Assembly: GCA_965218435.1 (NCBI GenBank)
Contig: CBDCKW010000009.1
Coordinates: 3,456,001-3,520,000 of the forward strand
DNA from: Truepera sp.
Lineage (GTDB): Bacteria; Deinococcota; Deinococci; Deinococcales; Trueperaceae
DNA length: 64,000 bases
Reading direction: 5' to 3'
Shown here: in pieces, positions 39,498 to 48,701 of the stretch
Position numbering within the stretch: position 1 is the stretch's first letter
Layout of the letters: the number at the start of each line of letters is the position of its first letter
Made by a program: the position numbers and the translations under genes
Notes under the pieces: model-generated
Seen by the model: the letters and a program-made list of their open reading frames with translations, nothing else
What the model was told of the DNA's origin: nothing
The model's database searches: none

Positions 39498-40883
39498 TTA
39501 CTTGGTTAGTTCACGGGCGCGGCTCAGCATCTCTTCGACGCGGGTCAGTTTGACGCGCGGTCGTCCTTGCGCCTTGCCCGCCTCGAGCTCTAACGCGTCT
39601 AACTTGAGCCAGTGGTCAAACGGGAAAAAGCGCACGCCCTTTTCAGTCAAGTACCGCTCGATCCGTGCCGGGTCACAGTCGGCGTCCGTAACGCGGGCCA
39701 ACTCAGGCGCGTCCTCTAAGAGCGACCGCACCGACTCGGCAGCGTCAGCTTTGTTGGTGCCAATCACGCCGGTTGGCCCGCGTTTAATCCAACCTGCGAC
39801 GTACTCACCGGGAACGACCGGGCCACCGACTGATTCGGTCACACGCCCCGCGACGTTGGGAATCACGCCGCGTTTGGGGTCAAACGGAACTTCGGGGAGC
39901 GCGACGCCTTTATAGCCGACTGAACGCAGCACCAACCCGACCGGCAAGATTTCAGTTTCGCCCGTCCCGACGGCTTCTAACCAACCGTCGCGGTCGCGGA
40001 GTTCGTTTTTTTCGGTGCGGAGTCCTTCAACCTTCGTGTCGCCCAAGACCTCGACCGGTGAGCTTAAAAACTTGATATGGACGCGGCGCGGTTTGCCGGT
40101 CAGCGTCCGCGTCGAAAAGTCGCGGAGCACCTCGACGTTTTTAGCGACCGTCCGGTCGTCTGCTAAAGACGCTTCGCTCGCGGCGTCGAGCTCGAGGTCA
40201 CCCGGATCAACGACGACATCGGCATTGGCCAACTCACCGAGCTCACGCAGCTCTTTAGTCGTAAACTTGCCCTGCGCCGGACCACGCCGCCCGAGCATAT
40301 AGATGTCTGTAACGTGGCTCCTCCGCAGCGCGGTGATGGCATGGTCGGCGATGTCGGTCGTGTTCAGCTCGTCGGCGGTTTTGGCTAGAATCCGTGTCAC
40401 ATCAACCGCGACGTTGCCCATCCCGATTACAGCAACGCTCTTTACCGAAAGGTCGGGGCTTAGGTCGGCAAAGTCGGGGTGACCGTTATACCAGGCGACA
40501 AATTCGGTAGCGGACAAGCTGCCAGGGAGTTTTTCACCGGGAATCCCGAGAGGCCGGTCGGAGGGTGCACCCACCGTATAAAAAATTGCGTCGTAAAAAC
40601 GGCGGAGTTCGTCTAAAGAGAGGTCTGAACCGTACGAGACGTGCCCGAAAAAACGTACCCGTGGGTCGTCAAGCGTCTTTTGGTAGAGCTTGGTGACGCT
40701 CTTAATCTTCTGGTGGTCAGGCGCGACGCCGTAGCGGATCAAGCCGAAGGGTGTGGGCAAACGGTCGAAAAGGTCAACGGCGACCGGCAGGTCTTGCTTA
40801 AGTAAGGCGTCGGCGGTGAAGAGCCCGGAGGGACCCGCGCCGACGATCCCGACGCGTAAGGGGCGTTCTGAAGTGTAGGTCAT
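39498..40883 (-). CDS. ferredoxin--NADP+ reductase (FprA/adrenodoxin reductase-like)
   Basis: start MTYTSE; GAGPSG, PFGLIRYGVAPDH, GNVAVD, GWIKRGPTGVIG. Confidence 0.9.
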   Translation of the reverse strand: MTYTSERPLRVGIVGAGPSGLFTADALLKQDLPVAVDLFDRLPTPFGLIRYGVAPDHQKIKSVTKLYQKTLDDPRVRFFGHVSYGSDLSLDELRRFYDAIFYTVGAPSDRPLGIPGEKLPGSLSATEFVAWYNGHPDFADLSPDLSVKSVAVIGMGNVAVDVTRILAKTADELNTTDIADHAITALRRSHVTDIYMLGRRGPAQGKFTTKELRELGELANADVVVDPGDLELDAASEASLADDRTVAKNVEVLRDFSTRTLTGKPRRVHIKFLSSPVEVLGDTKVEGLRTEKNELRDRDGWLEAVGTGETEILPVGLVLRSVGYKGVALPEVPFDPKRGVIPNVAGRVTESVGGPVVPGEYVAGWIKRGPTGVIGTNKADAAESVRSLLEDAPELARVTDADCDPARIERYLTEKGVRFFPFDHWLKLDALELEAGKAQGRPRVKLTRVEEMLSRARELTK

Positions 40884-41193
40884 AAGTGAATTCCTTTGTA
40901 AAGCACTATACAAACACTGTATAAATATAGCGGCGCAACCATGCTGGTGTGAACATGTATTTGACGAAGGAGTTCTGCGAGCGGTCACTAAGACCCGCTG
41001 CTATCTTTACCATAACGCAGCTGAACTAACCAGCAGGCTCGAGAGCTCAGACCACTGTTATGCAAAATTGTAAAGCAGGCAATAGAGGTTTTAGGTGTTC
41101 TATACGTTCCGTGAGCAGCAGGAAGACCGCACCGTTGTTACTGGCGCGGCCATTTTGCCCTAGGGTTTAGCTACCGGGTTTTACGGTAGCTAA

Positions 41194-41808
41194 CTATTGT
41201 GGGGTAACGTTTAGATACGCCCAGCTAAACGCGAGGGTGCTGTTACCCAGGCTGTCGGTGACCATCGGACGGAACGCGTAGGCGGTTTCGCCCGCTTGGT
41301 TGATGTCTTGCGCGTCGGGTGCCACAGCGACCGTAACCGTGCAGCTAAGCTGCGTGGGCGCTAAAGCGACCGCAGTTTCGCAGTCAGACGAAGCGACGCT
41401 GAAGGGGCCGGTCGGCAGGGTGCTGGCGGCGTCCGAATTGCGCAGTTCGACCTGGGTAGCAGTAATGCCGTCGGGATCGGTAAAGTCGAGTTTCAGGTAG
41501 AAGGTGCCGCCGGCTGGAACAGTGACCGGGTTGACTTCACCTGAGCCGCTGGTAACAAAGGTGATGTCGTCGGTGCTGATACTTATCTCACCTTGCGGGT
41601 TGGGATTCACAACTTCGCCCCCAGCTCCGCCGGACGCTGTACCACCAGAAGCGAGCACCGAAGTGATCGTTACAGCGGGCTCGGTAGCATCAGGTGCAGC
41701 CGGAGTCATGACCTCCGGGGTGACGGGCTCGAGGTCAGTCTGCTGCGGTCCCGGCGCACACGCGGCGAGGAGCAGGGCAAGAGCGGGGTAAACGAGATAA
41801 CGGTTCAT
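41194..41808 (-). CDS. hypothetical lipoprotein with low-complexity linker and Ig-like domain
   Basis: GGAGG RBS; LAAC lipobox. Confidence 0.8.
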   Translation of the reverse strand: MNRYLVYPALALLLAACAPGPQQTDLEPVTPEVMTPAAPDATEPAVTITSVLASGGTASGGAGGEVVNPNPQGEISISTDDITFVTSGSGEVNPVTVPAGGTFYLKLDFTDPDGITATQVELRNSDAASTLPTGPFSVASSDCETAVALAPTQLSCTVTVAVAPDAQDINQAGETAYAFRPMVTDSLGNSTLAFSWAYLNVTPQ

Positions 41809-41838
41809 CTAAACCTCCCTTAGTACGGCACTCTAACA

Positions 41839-42642
41839 TCAGCGGTCAGCCGAGTTTTGCGCATCTGAACGTTTAGCCTTATCTGCCTGGGTCAGGTCTT
41901 CTCGGGTCAGTCCCGCCTCGAGCCGCGCACGCCCGTAGTTGCAGATAGCTAGTGCCGGACAACCGCTACAACGCGGCGCGTTAAAGGTGCAGACGCGCTG
42001 CCCGTGTAAGAGGAGCGCGATGTGAAAATTGTAAAGCAGGTGTGGGTCGTGTGGTAAGAGCGCAAAAATCGGGGCGTGCGCCGCCGTAGAGGTCTTGACT
42101 TTGGCGCTGATCAGGCCGACGCGCTGCGACACTCGGTAGACGTGCGTATCCACCGGCAAGATAGGTTTGGCAAAGCAGAAGAGTAGGACCAGCGAGGCCG
42201 TCTTGACGCCGACACCGGGCAGGTCGGTCAGCCACGCCATCCCCTCGTCGGCACTTAAGTCAGCTAAAAAACCCAGGTCGGTACTGCCGCTCCGCTCGAG
42301 AATCCGCGTGATCGTCTTTTGAATCTGCGGCGCTTTGGCGTCGGCAAAGTTTGAGGGGGCAATGGCTTTCGCCAAATCTTTGGTCGGCGCGTCCCGCACC
42401 GCTTCCCACGAGCCGAACTGGGTCCACATCCGGGTGTACGCAAGTTCTTCGTTTTTCCAGGTGGTGCGCTGCGACAAAATCGTCGAGATGAGTTCGTGCA
42501 TCGGGTCGCGCCGAGGTTTAAGCTCGCGTTCGCCGTACGTCCCCACCAAAATGCGGTAGAGCTCGAGGGCCTTGTCTTTAAGCGCCTCGTCTTTGGATAC
42601 CCCGTCTCTAAGTGCCCCGTCTTTAAGCGCCGCGTCGTCCAT
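41839..42642 (-). CDS. endonuclease III-like HhH-GPD DNA glycosylase
   Basis: ILSQRT, LPGVGVKTA, PVDTH, C-X6-C-X2-C-X5-C. Confidence 0.9.
   Translation of the reverse strand: MDDAALKDGALRDGVSKDEALKDKALELYRILVGTYGERELKPRRDPMHELISTILSQRTTWKNEELAYTRMWTQFGSWEAVRDAPTKDLAKAIAPSNFADAKAPQIQKTITRILERSGSTDLGFLADLSADEGMAWLTDLPGVGVKTASLVLLFCFAKPILPVDTHVYRVSQRVGLISAKVKTSTAAHAPIFALLPHDPHLLYNFHIALLLHGQRVCTFNAPRCSGCPALAICNYGRARLEAGLTREDLTQADKAKRSDAQNSADR
42571..42639 (-). repeat. degenerate 15-bp tandem repeat at the glycosylase N-terminus
   Basis: DAALK-DGALR-DGVSK-DEALK-DKAL; GTCT every 15 bp on the + strand. Confidence 0.7.
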
Positions 42643-43047
42643 ACTGCCCAGTCTGCGGGTTTGCCGCCCTGAGAGACAATAAGACAGCTCGCCTTTGGTG
42701 CGTTTTTGGCTCGAGACTCGGTTCTGCGTCTCACGTAGATAACTCTTCGCAAAAATCTAAACGGCGTTTTTCAGACATCTAGACGCTTTTATTTGCCTTT
42801 TCCATTATTGAGCTCTCCTTTCTATACGGAGCACGGAAGTCAATAAAAGGCAGTAATGTACTTGCTCCAACCAACCCCGTAATAATTTGCTTCAAAGCGG
42901 TTGGACTTGTCAGCCGATAGCAGCGGCGGCGATACAGGTCGGCTGAGCTTTATGCGTGTAACGGGCCGGAAGACCGCACAAGTTCTGTACTCCGATAAGC
43001 CACAAGAGAATTGTGCACTGGCACGCTCTGGGTGATCAAGGCACCTA

Positions 43048-43236
43048 GAGAGCATTTGAAAATCACATCGACCTGAAAACAGGCATCGAACACCCAGCTA
43101 AGTGCTTGGTCATAAGGTCGACCATGACTAGGTAGATGAAGGCTTCACTCGTCTCGGGCAGTACCTCGTAGTCCTTGCTCAAGCGCCGACTGTTGCCGAG
43201 TCAAGCTAGAGTATGCTTGACGACCCACCACGCTTG
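43048..43236 (-). mobile_element. IS5-family (IS1031-like) remnant: transposase C-terminus + terminal inverted repeat
   Basis: minus-strand translation WVVKHTLA*LGNSRRLSKDYEVLPETSEAFIYLVM; end TA-GAGAGCATTTGAAAA. Confidence 0.8.
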
Positions 43237-43420
43237 TACTTGGAGACCCTGCACCGCTGAGTTTCAAGACCTGACGCATCAACCACAAAACTTTCGTAAG
43301 TGCTATTGACTACGCAAATTCGGTGAAAAACGCAGTTGCGTCTTGCCTTGTAAAGAGGAGAGCGGCGGCGTAAAGTGCCGGGCCGAACATGGGGAGGGTG
43401 AAAACGGTTGTTATCGGCCC

Positions 43421-44461
43421 CTAAACCTCTAGCGGCTTAAGCCTTGCGACCAGGCCGCGCTTGTGCCGTTTGGCCAGCAGCTCGAGTTCACCCTCTATCG
43501 TCTCACTCCACATCTCCTTGGCGCTCTGGTGCTGCCAGCCCAGTTCGCGTTTGGCCTTGTCACTTATGTAGAACAGGCTGGTGGTAGCGGCCTTGACGGT
43601 TTCCCTCGACATAAACGCTGGCAGGCCTGCGCGCCGTTGGAGCGGTTCGAGCGGCGCGAACAGAGACGCCATCACAGCTGGAGGCAGATAGGCCCGCACC
43701 CGACCTCTGCCCGTCTTGACTGCCCACAGCTCTAGATGCTCGGCGAAACTCAAAGGTTCACCGCAGAGCAGATAGATTTCACCGGCCCGTCCCTTCTCGA
43801 CGGTCAGCACAACGCCCCGTACGAGGTCGTTTAGCTCAACGAGGGAGAACATCGACCGGGGCGACCAGGAGACGGGCGGCTTAAGCCGGTTGAGGTAGAG
43901 CCGCAGCGTGTACCCCCAAACCGAGTGGTCGTTAGGACCCATGACCCCGTTAGGGCAGACGACAATTAGCGGCGTCCCGTCCTGCTGGTACCTCAGCGCC
44001 AGCTCGTGAGCCTCGGTTTTGGTCTGTTCGTACCAGGTACCGCAGGGCGCGCGGCGGATGAACGTCTCGTCACGGGGTTGTCGCCCCGAGTCACCGTAAG
44101 CCGCAACGGTCGAGACATATACCGTCTTGGTCACGTTCAGTGCTCGCGCCGCACTCAGCACGTTGTCGGTGCCGTTCACGTTGACCGCTCTCATTCGTTC
44201 CCGGCCTGCTGTGTCCACACCGTATTCATAGTGCCCGGCATTGTGGATGACCAGCTCCGCACCTCTCATTGCGGTCTCTACCGAGTTGCGCGAAGTTACG
44301 TCACCTGCGACACAACGAACACCAAGTTGGGCAAGGTTAAGAGCCTCTGGGCTATCCAAACGGCGCACAAGGGCGGTGACGTGCCAGCCGCATTCAAGAA
44401 GCGCCCGAGTCAAGGGCCGACCAATGTAGCCTGTGGCCCCGGTAAGGAAGACCTTCATCAA
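43421..44461 (-). CDS. NAD-dependent epimerase/dehydratase (dihydroflavonol-reductase-like)
   Basis: TGATGYIG, HNAG, YVST, YEQTK. Confidence 0.9.
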   Translation of the reverse strand: MMKVFLTGATGYIGRPLTRALLECGWHVTALVRRLDSPEALNLAQLGVRCVAGDVTSRNSVETAMRGAELVIHNAGHYEYGVDTAGRERMRAVNVNGTDNVLSAARALNVTKTVYVSTVAAYGDSGRQPRDETFIRRAPCGTWYEQTKTEAHELALRYQQDGTPLIVVCPNGVMGPNDHSVWGYTLRLYLNRLKPPVSWSPRSMFSLVELNDLVRGVVLTVEKGRAGEIYLLCGEPLSFAEHLELWAVKTGRGRVRAYLPPAVMASLFAPLEPLQRRAGLPAFMSRETVKAATTSLFYISDKAKRELGWQHQSAKEMWSETIEGELELLAKRHKRGLVARLKPLEV

Positions 44462-44846
44462 AACACCCCTTTGGTTCGGTATAGCGGATGACTATGCTGC
44501 TAACAGCCTTTGCCTAGAGATTACTGCGCGCAGCGTGTGGATGTCAAAGCTGACCTGAGCACCGTTTGATAAGGCGATTTAGCAGCTTCTTAGCACCAAG
44601 AATTGCAAACTAAGTACGTCCAAGCCAAAAGTTCAGCTTAATGGTCTGGAGCGTATCTCAAAAAGCATCGTTGGGCGGGATAGCTGCACAAAGTCAAGGG
44701 ATCGAGTTAAGACGCTATCCGAAAATCAGAAAAACCGTCCCAGACCTATCTTCTTCGCCTCGAGATTAAGCAGCTTCCTAATATGAACCGTTTATTTGAA
44801 GTAAACTCCCTCAACTCCGCGTGGCCTGCGTAACCCCTTCAGCGTG

Positions 44847-45227
44847 TTATGCCGACACAACCCGCATAACTTCGTCGAGCACCTCAGGGTTACGCATCCT
44901 CAAACGGTTGGGAAGTGATTGATGATTAACCAAACGCTCCAGAGCAAGCGCCATAATCCTGCCACCACGCGTTATCGGCAAACTGGAAAGTTGGTAAACC
45001 CGGCAGAGGCTCACGTCTACGCTGCTCGTTTCGGCTAGAAGCGTAGCCAAATGAACCTTTAAGTCCTCGCCAATTTGCAGCTGATCTCGCATAATGACAA
45101 ACAACCAAATTTCATCACTGGTTATAAGGTACCTGTTTACAGCAAGCGCAGCTTCAACTTCTGGCAACGCTTCAAGCTTTTTATGGAATCGGTCTCGCAC
45201 AGAATCTGAAATAGCTCTCTCCTCCAC
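44847..45227 (-). CDS. stand-alone protein resembling the C-terminal lid domain of acetoacetyl/acetyl-CoA synthetases
   Basis: LEALPEVEAAL..LFVIMRD...LPITRGGRI...MRNPEVLD; GTG 45227 follows a TATAGT -10. Confidence 0.6.
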   Translation of the reverse strand: MEERAISDSVRDRFHKKLEALPEVEAALAVNRYLITSDEIWLFVIMRDQLQIGEDLKVHLATLLAETSSVDVSLCRVYQLSSLPITRGGRIMALALERLVNHQSLPNRLRMRNPEVLDEVMRVVSA

Positions 45228-45237
45228 GGTCCGAGCA

Positions 45238-45272
45238 ACTATAAACCCTGTAGCCCGACCGCCTCCCGACCA
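45238..45272 (-). promoter_or_regulatory. GGTCGG-repeat promoter 1
   Basis: TGGTCGG-gagg-CGGTCGG-N11-TATAGT. Confidence 0.75.
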
Positions 45273-45324
45273 AGTCGAACAACGCATAGACAATGAGAGG
45301 AAAATTAAGGTAAAATGTGAAACT

Positions 45325-48300
45325 GTGCTAAGAACGCTTGGTGACCTGGTACTCGAGGGGACATCCCTACATCGTCCCAAACCTCTACTGCTGCTGGCCT
45401 ATCTGGTGCTCGAGGGTTCCACCCCGAGACGCAGACTGTCCGAGCTGTTTTTTGGCGACACCAAAGATCCCAACGATGGTCTCACCACCGCACTCAAATA
45501 CCTCAAGCAGCACCCGTCCACCATGCTCGAGGTGGGTCCAAACATAGTCGCAACCGGTGTCGGGTGCGATGTCACACTGGTGTTTGCCAAACTGAAACAC
45601 GGTCTCGTCGCTGAAGCCGCAAGTCTTTACCAGGGGGCTTTCCTAGCGACACTCAAGCTGAATCTAGGTGAGGAGCTGGAAGATTGGGTTTACACCCAGC
45701 AGGACCTGATAGCGCAGCGCTTCCGGCTGACATTAATGAACCACGTCGAAACGCAGACTGATCCGCGTAAGATGGTCAGCTTCGTCGAGCACATATGGCA
45801 CGTAACCAAGGAGCAGGAAATCGACACCGATACGCTGGGGCGGCTTTACCGTTTGTTGGACGCCAGTGGGAGTTCACTTACGCATGAGGTGAGCAAGCAA
45901 GCTGCCGAGTACGGTATTCCCTTGGTGCGTCATAGCAGCGCAGCACGAGAAGCGTCGCAGGGACCGCAGGGGACCGCACGAAACGTTGTCCCAGCTTATG
46001 TTCCCAGCCTAGTCCAGCAACTCGAACGTTTGCGGGAGAGCCCTGAAGGTCTGGCGTTATGCATCTGGGGAGCACCCGGTATCGGCAAGACCTGGACAGT
46101 CGAGCGGCTTAAAGACACCCTGTCGTTCCCCGTTTATAGTGTGATGGCCGCTGTTTCCCCAGCCCAGCTGCCCCGGAGCCTGCCCCGCGCCGCCGGACTA
46201 CCCGCATGGGCCAGAACAGTTCTCGGAAACCTTCAGGACGACAGGCTCACCGGAGGACAGGAGCTGGTCGACGCCGTCGCTGCGATCTTAGCCGCCCACG
46301 CACCGGTGGTGCTGCATGTCGAGGATTTTCATGAAGCCAGCGAACTGGCGCAGACGCTATGGTCGGCATTGGCCCTCTCGGTACAGAGGAGCCCCGGCGT
46401 AGGTCTGCTTGTTACGAGTCGGCAGCCGTCCCCGGCAGGCTTCACTCCCGACCCACTACCGGCGCTTACACGAGCTGAGATTGCGCGCGTGCTCGAACAC
46501 GTTACGGGCGCAGCGTTACCAGCTGAGGCTACCGACTGGATCGAGGACCGCGCTTTAGGGAACCCCTTGTTCGCTCTGGAGTTTTACCGCTACCTTCGTA
46601 AACGAGGCAACCTCTGGCACGATGGTAGCAGCTGGCGCTGGCGTGTTCCCACCAGCACCCACCTCCCCGACAAACTCGAAACGCTCGTCTCGCATATGTT
46701 CCAAGAGCTGGCACTCGAAGAAGGTGCAAACACGTTTGTGCAGTTAAAAGCCCTTCTACCTACCGGGACTTCCGAACAGCTCCTCGCTCAAATTGCCGGT
46801 TTGAGCGACAAAGAGATTCAAGGGGTCAAAAATACCTTGAAACAACAGGGGATATTAGGTGAACAAGATTTTGTTCATCCCCTCTACCGAGAGGTTCTGG
46901 TGGCTGGTCTTAACCGCCCGACGAAGCGTGAGTTAGCCCGGCGCATCGTGACCGTTCTAGAGGAGGCAAATCCCGAACAAGCAGCTCCATTCGTCGCCGA
47001 TGCAGGCTTGACGGATCAGTGCGCTGTGAAACTTTTGCTTCGCGCCGCAGATCACGCACGGTTGCGTGGCCTGACCAGGCAGGCTGGCGAGCTTTTGTCC
47101 CGAGCAGCGGGACATACCCAAGGTAGGCAGCGAAGCGAGCTGCTTTTGCAAGCTGCGAATGCCCTGCAAGACAACCAACCTGCTCAAACCCAACGACTCG
47201 CCGAGCGCGTCCTGGAAGCCGAACCTGCCAACGTCGAAGCGACGCTGCTGTTAGCACGCTGCCTCGTCGTGCAAGGGGAGGGTGAGCGTGCAGACGCAGT
47301 TATGCAAAGGCTCCCCCAGGCTGTCAGGCCCCGACAAGCGTGGCTCGAGCAGCTCATTCATCTGCGTACCGAAAGAAACGACTACGCGGGTGTTATTGAA
47401 CTGTGGCAGGGTGCCGCGGACCTTCACGGCACACTCGATCCGTCAGCTAAGCGTGACGTCGCCCTGTCGCTGGTCTATCTGGGAAAACTCGACGAGGCAG
47501 CCCGGTTGCTCACCCAAACCCTGGCCACCCCGGGCGTTCCCGACGAGGCCCACGCCGCCCTCCTGGAAGTGCGAGCGACCCTAGCGTTCTATACCGGGAA
47601 CTATGCGGAGGCGCTCGCCCTACTCGACGAGTCCGTCGCACTTCTGCGCGCCGCGCCCAAAACCTTACCCCTGCTAAATCGCCTTTTCCAGGCGCTTCGT
47701 GTTCGGGCGATGTGCTACTGGGGTCTGGGCGAAAACCGCTTGGCGATTGGTGATACCGAAGAAGCCATGAGTTTTGCAGGCGAGCTCGGTAGTGGCCGCG
47801 ACTACGCGATTGCTCAGACGTACATAGGCGTTCCCCTGACCGAGCTTGGTGCGTTCGCACGGGCTGAAGAGATGCTGCTCGAGAGCCGCGAGGTCCTGAG
47901 GCGCGCCGATGCCCGCGAGCACCTGGCTGCCTGCGAGGCGATGCTCAGCCACGTCTATATGGAGTGGCAACCACAGGACGCAGCAATAAAGGCTTTGCGG
48001 CACGCCCACACGTCAGTCGAGATCGCCAGAGAATTGCAGGCCCCCGTACTCCTAAGTCAAGCGACGTTTTACGCTTCCTGGGTAGAGACGACCTTCGGTC
48101 AGGGCGAGAAAGCCCTTGCGCTGGCGCAGGAAAGCCTCGAGCTGGCAACCAATTTGGGTCAGCAGCGAAACGTTGCCATCGGGTTGTGGGCGCGGGGCAG
48201 GGCGCTGGAAAAGCTTGGGCAGCCCGACCGAGCCCTAGCAGATTACCTGAAAGGGGAAGGGCTCTGCCGTGGGCTCCATTTCTTGACGTACGCGGCCCTG

Positions 48301-48459
48301 ATCGGTCTCGAGATCGACCGGCTTAAAGACGACGAGAACGCCGCCAGGGTGCGCCTCGAGTACCTGAGCGCACGCGGCGTACGCAGCATGATGCTGAGCG
48401 CACGCGAGCACTTCGCCGCGTTGTTTGGTGAGTTCGGGAGTCTGCGGCTGGACCCTTGA
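45325..48459 (+). CDS. SARP-like regulator: N-terminal wHTH/BTAD + AAA ATPase + TPR
   Basis: start re-called to GTG 45325 (TAAAAT at 45311, leaderless); LRTLG..KPLLLLAYL, LYQGAFL, GAPGIGKT, LHVEDFH, GNPLF, TPR tail. Confidence 0.85.
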   Translation: MLRTLGDLVLEGTSLHRPKPLLLLAYLVLEGSTPRRRLSELFFGDTKDPNDGLTTALKYLKQHPSTMLEVGPNIVATGVGCDVTLVFAKLKHGLVAEAASLYQGAFLATLKLNLGEELEDWVYTQQDLIAQRFRLTLMNHVETQTDPRKMVSFVEHIWHVTKEQEIDTDTLGRLYRLLDASGSSLTHEVSKQAAEYGIPLVRHSSAAREASQGPQGTARNVVPAYVPSLVQQLERLRESPEGLALCIWGAPGIGKTWTVERLKDTLSFPVYSVMAAVSPAQLPRSLPRAAGLPAWARTVLGNLQDDRLTGGQELVDAVAAILAAHAPVVLHVEDFHEASELAQTLWSALALSVQRSPGVGLLVTSRQPSPAGFTPDPLPALTRAEIARVLEHVTGAALPAEATDWIEDRALGNPLFALEFYRYLRKRGNLWHDGSSWRWRVPTSTHLPDKLETLVSHMFQELALEEGANTFVQLKALLPTGTSEQLLAQIAGLSDKEIQGVKNTLKQQGILGEQDFVHPLYREVLVAGLNRPTKRELARRIVTVLEEANPEQAAPFVADAGLTDQCAVKLLLRAADHARLRGLTRQAGELLSRAAGHTQGRQRSELLLQAANALQDNQPAQTQRLAERVLEAEPANVEATLLLARCLVVQGEGERADAVMQRLPQAVRPRQAWLEQLIHLRTERNDYAGVIELWQGAADLHGTLDPSAKRDVALSLVYLGKLDEAARLLTQTLATPGVPDEAHAALLEVRATLAFYTGNYAEALALLDESVALLRAAPKTLPLLNRLFQALRVRAMCYWGLGENRLAIGDTEEAMSFAGELGSGRDYAIAQTYIGVPLTELGAFARAEEMLLESREVLRRADAREHLAACEAMLSHVYMEWQPQDAAIKALRHAHTSVEIARELQAPVLLSQATFYASWVETTFGQGEKALALAQESLELATNLGQQRNVAIGLWARGRALEKLGQPDRALADYLKGEGLCRGLHFLTYAALIGLEIDRLKDDENAARVRLEYLSARGVRSMMLSAREHFAALFGEFGSLRLDP

Positions 48460-48579
48460 CCGGGCGTCAGCACAAACCGCAGTGAAGGTGAAAAAATCCC
48501 TGTTCACCCCTTGCCGATTTAGTCCATATACGCACGAAGTTGATCACGAGACGCGCTCTACGCCAGCCTCCACGTTGGC

Positions 48580-48625
48580 CGGTCGGAGGTCGGTCGGAGG
48601 TCGGTCGGAAGCAACCGTGTACCGT
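48580..48625 (+). promoter_or_regulatory. GGTCGG-repeat promoter 2
   Basis: CGGTCGG at 48580, 48591 and 48602, N11, TACCGT. Confidence 0.75.
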
Positions 48626-48701
48626 GATGGCGTAGCGGACGTGAGAAGATCCAAAGCTGTTGGAAAAGCCAAAAACGTCGCGCTGTCGAGGGGGAAAACA
48701 T

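Noticed and set aside
42264..42752. 162-aa alternative-frame ORF over the glycosylase gene
   Set aside because: Overlaps a clear HhH-GPD gene and has no motifs.
44640..44730. IR-like strings (GAGCGTATCTCAAAA, GACGCTATCCGAAAA) as IS ends
   Set aside because: No partner repeat or transposase trace identified by eye.
45094..45324. 77-aa N-terminal extension of the 1121-aa regulator
   Set aside because: It overlaps the opposite-strand gene and its promoter; the recognisable domain begins at VLRTLG after a TAAAAT box.
48580..48610. CGGTCGGAGGT x3 as a VNTR or CRISPR
   Set aside because: No spacers; the same unit recurs at fixed distance from -10 boxes at three other genes, so it is better read as an operator.
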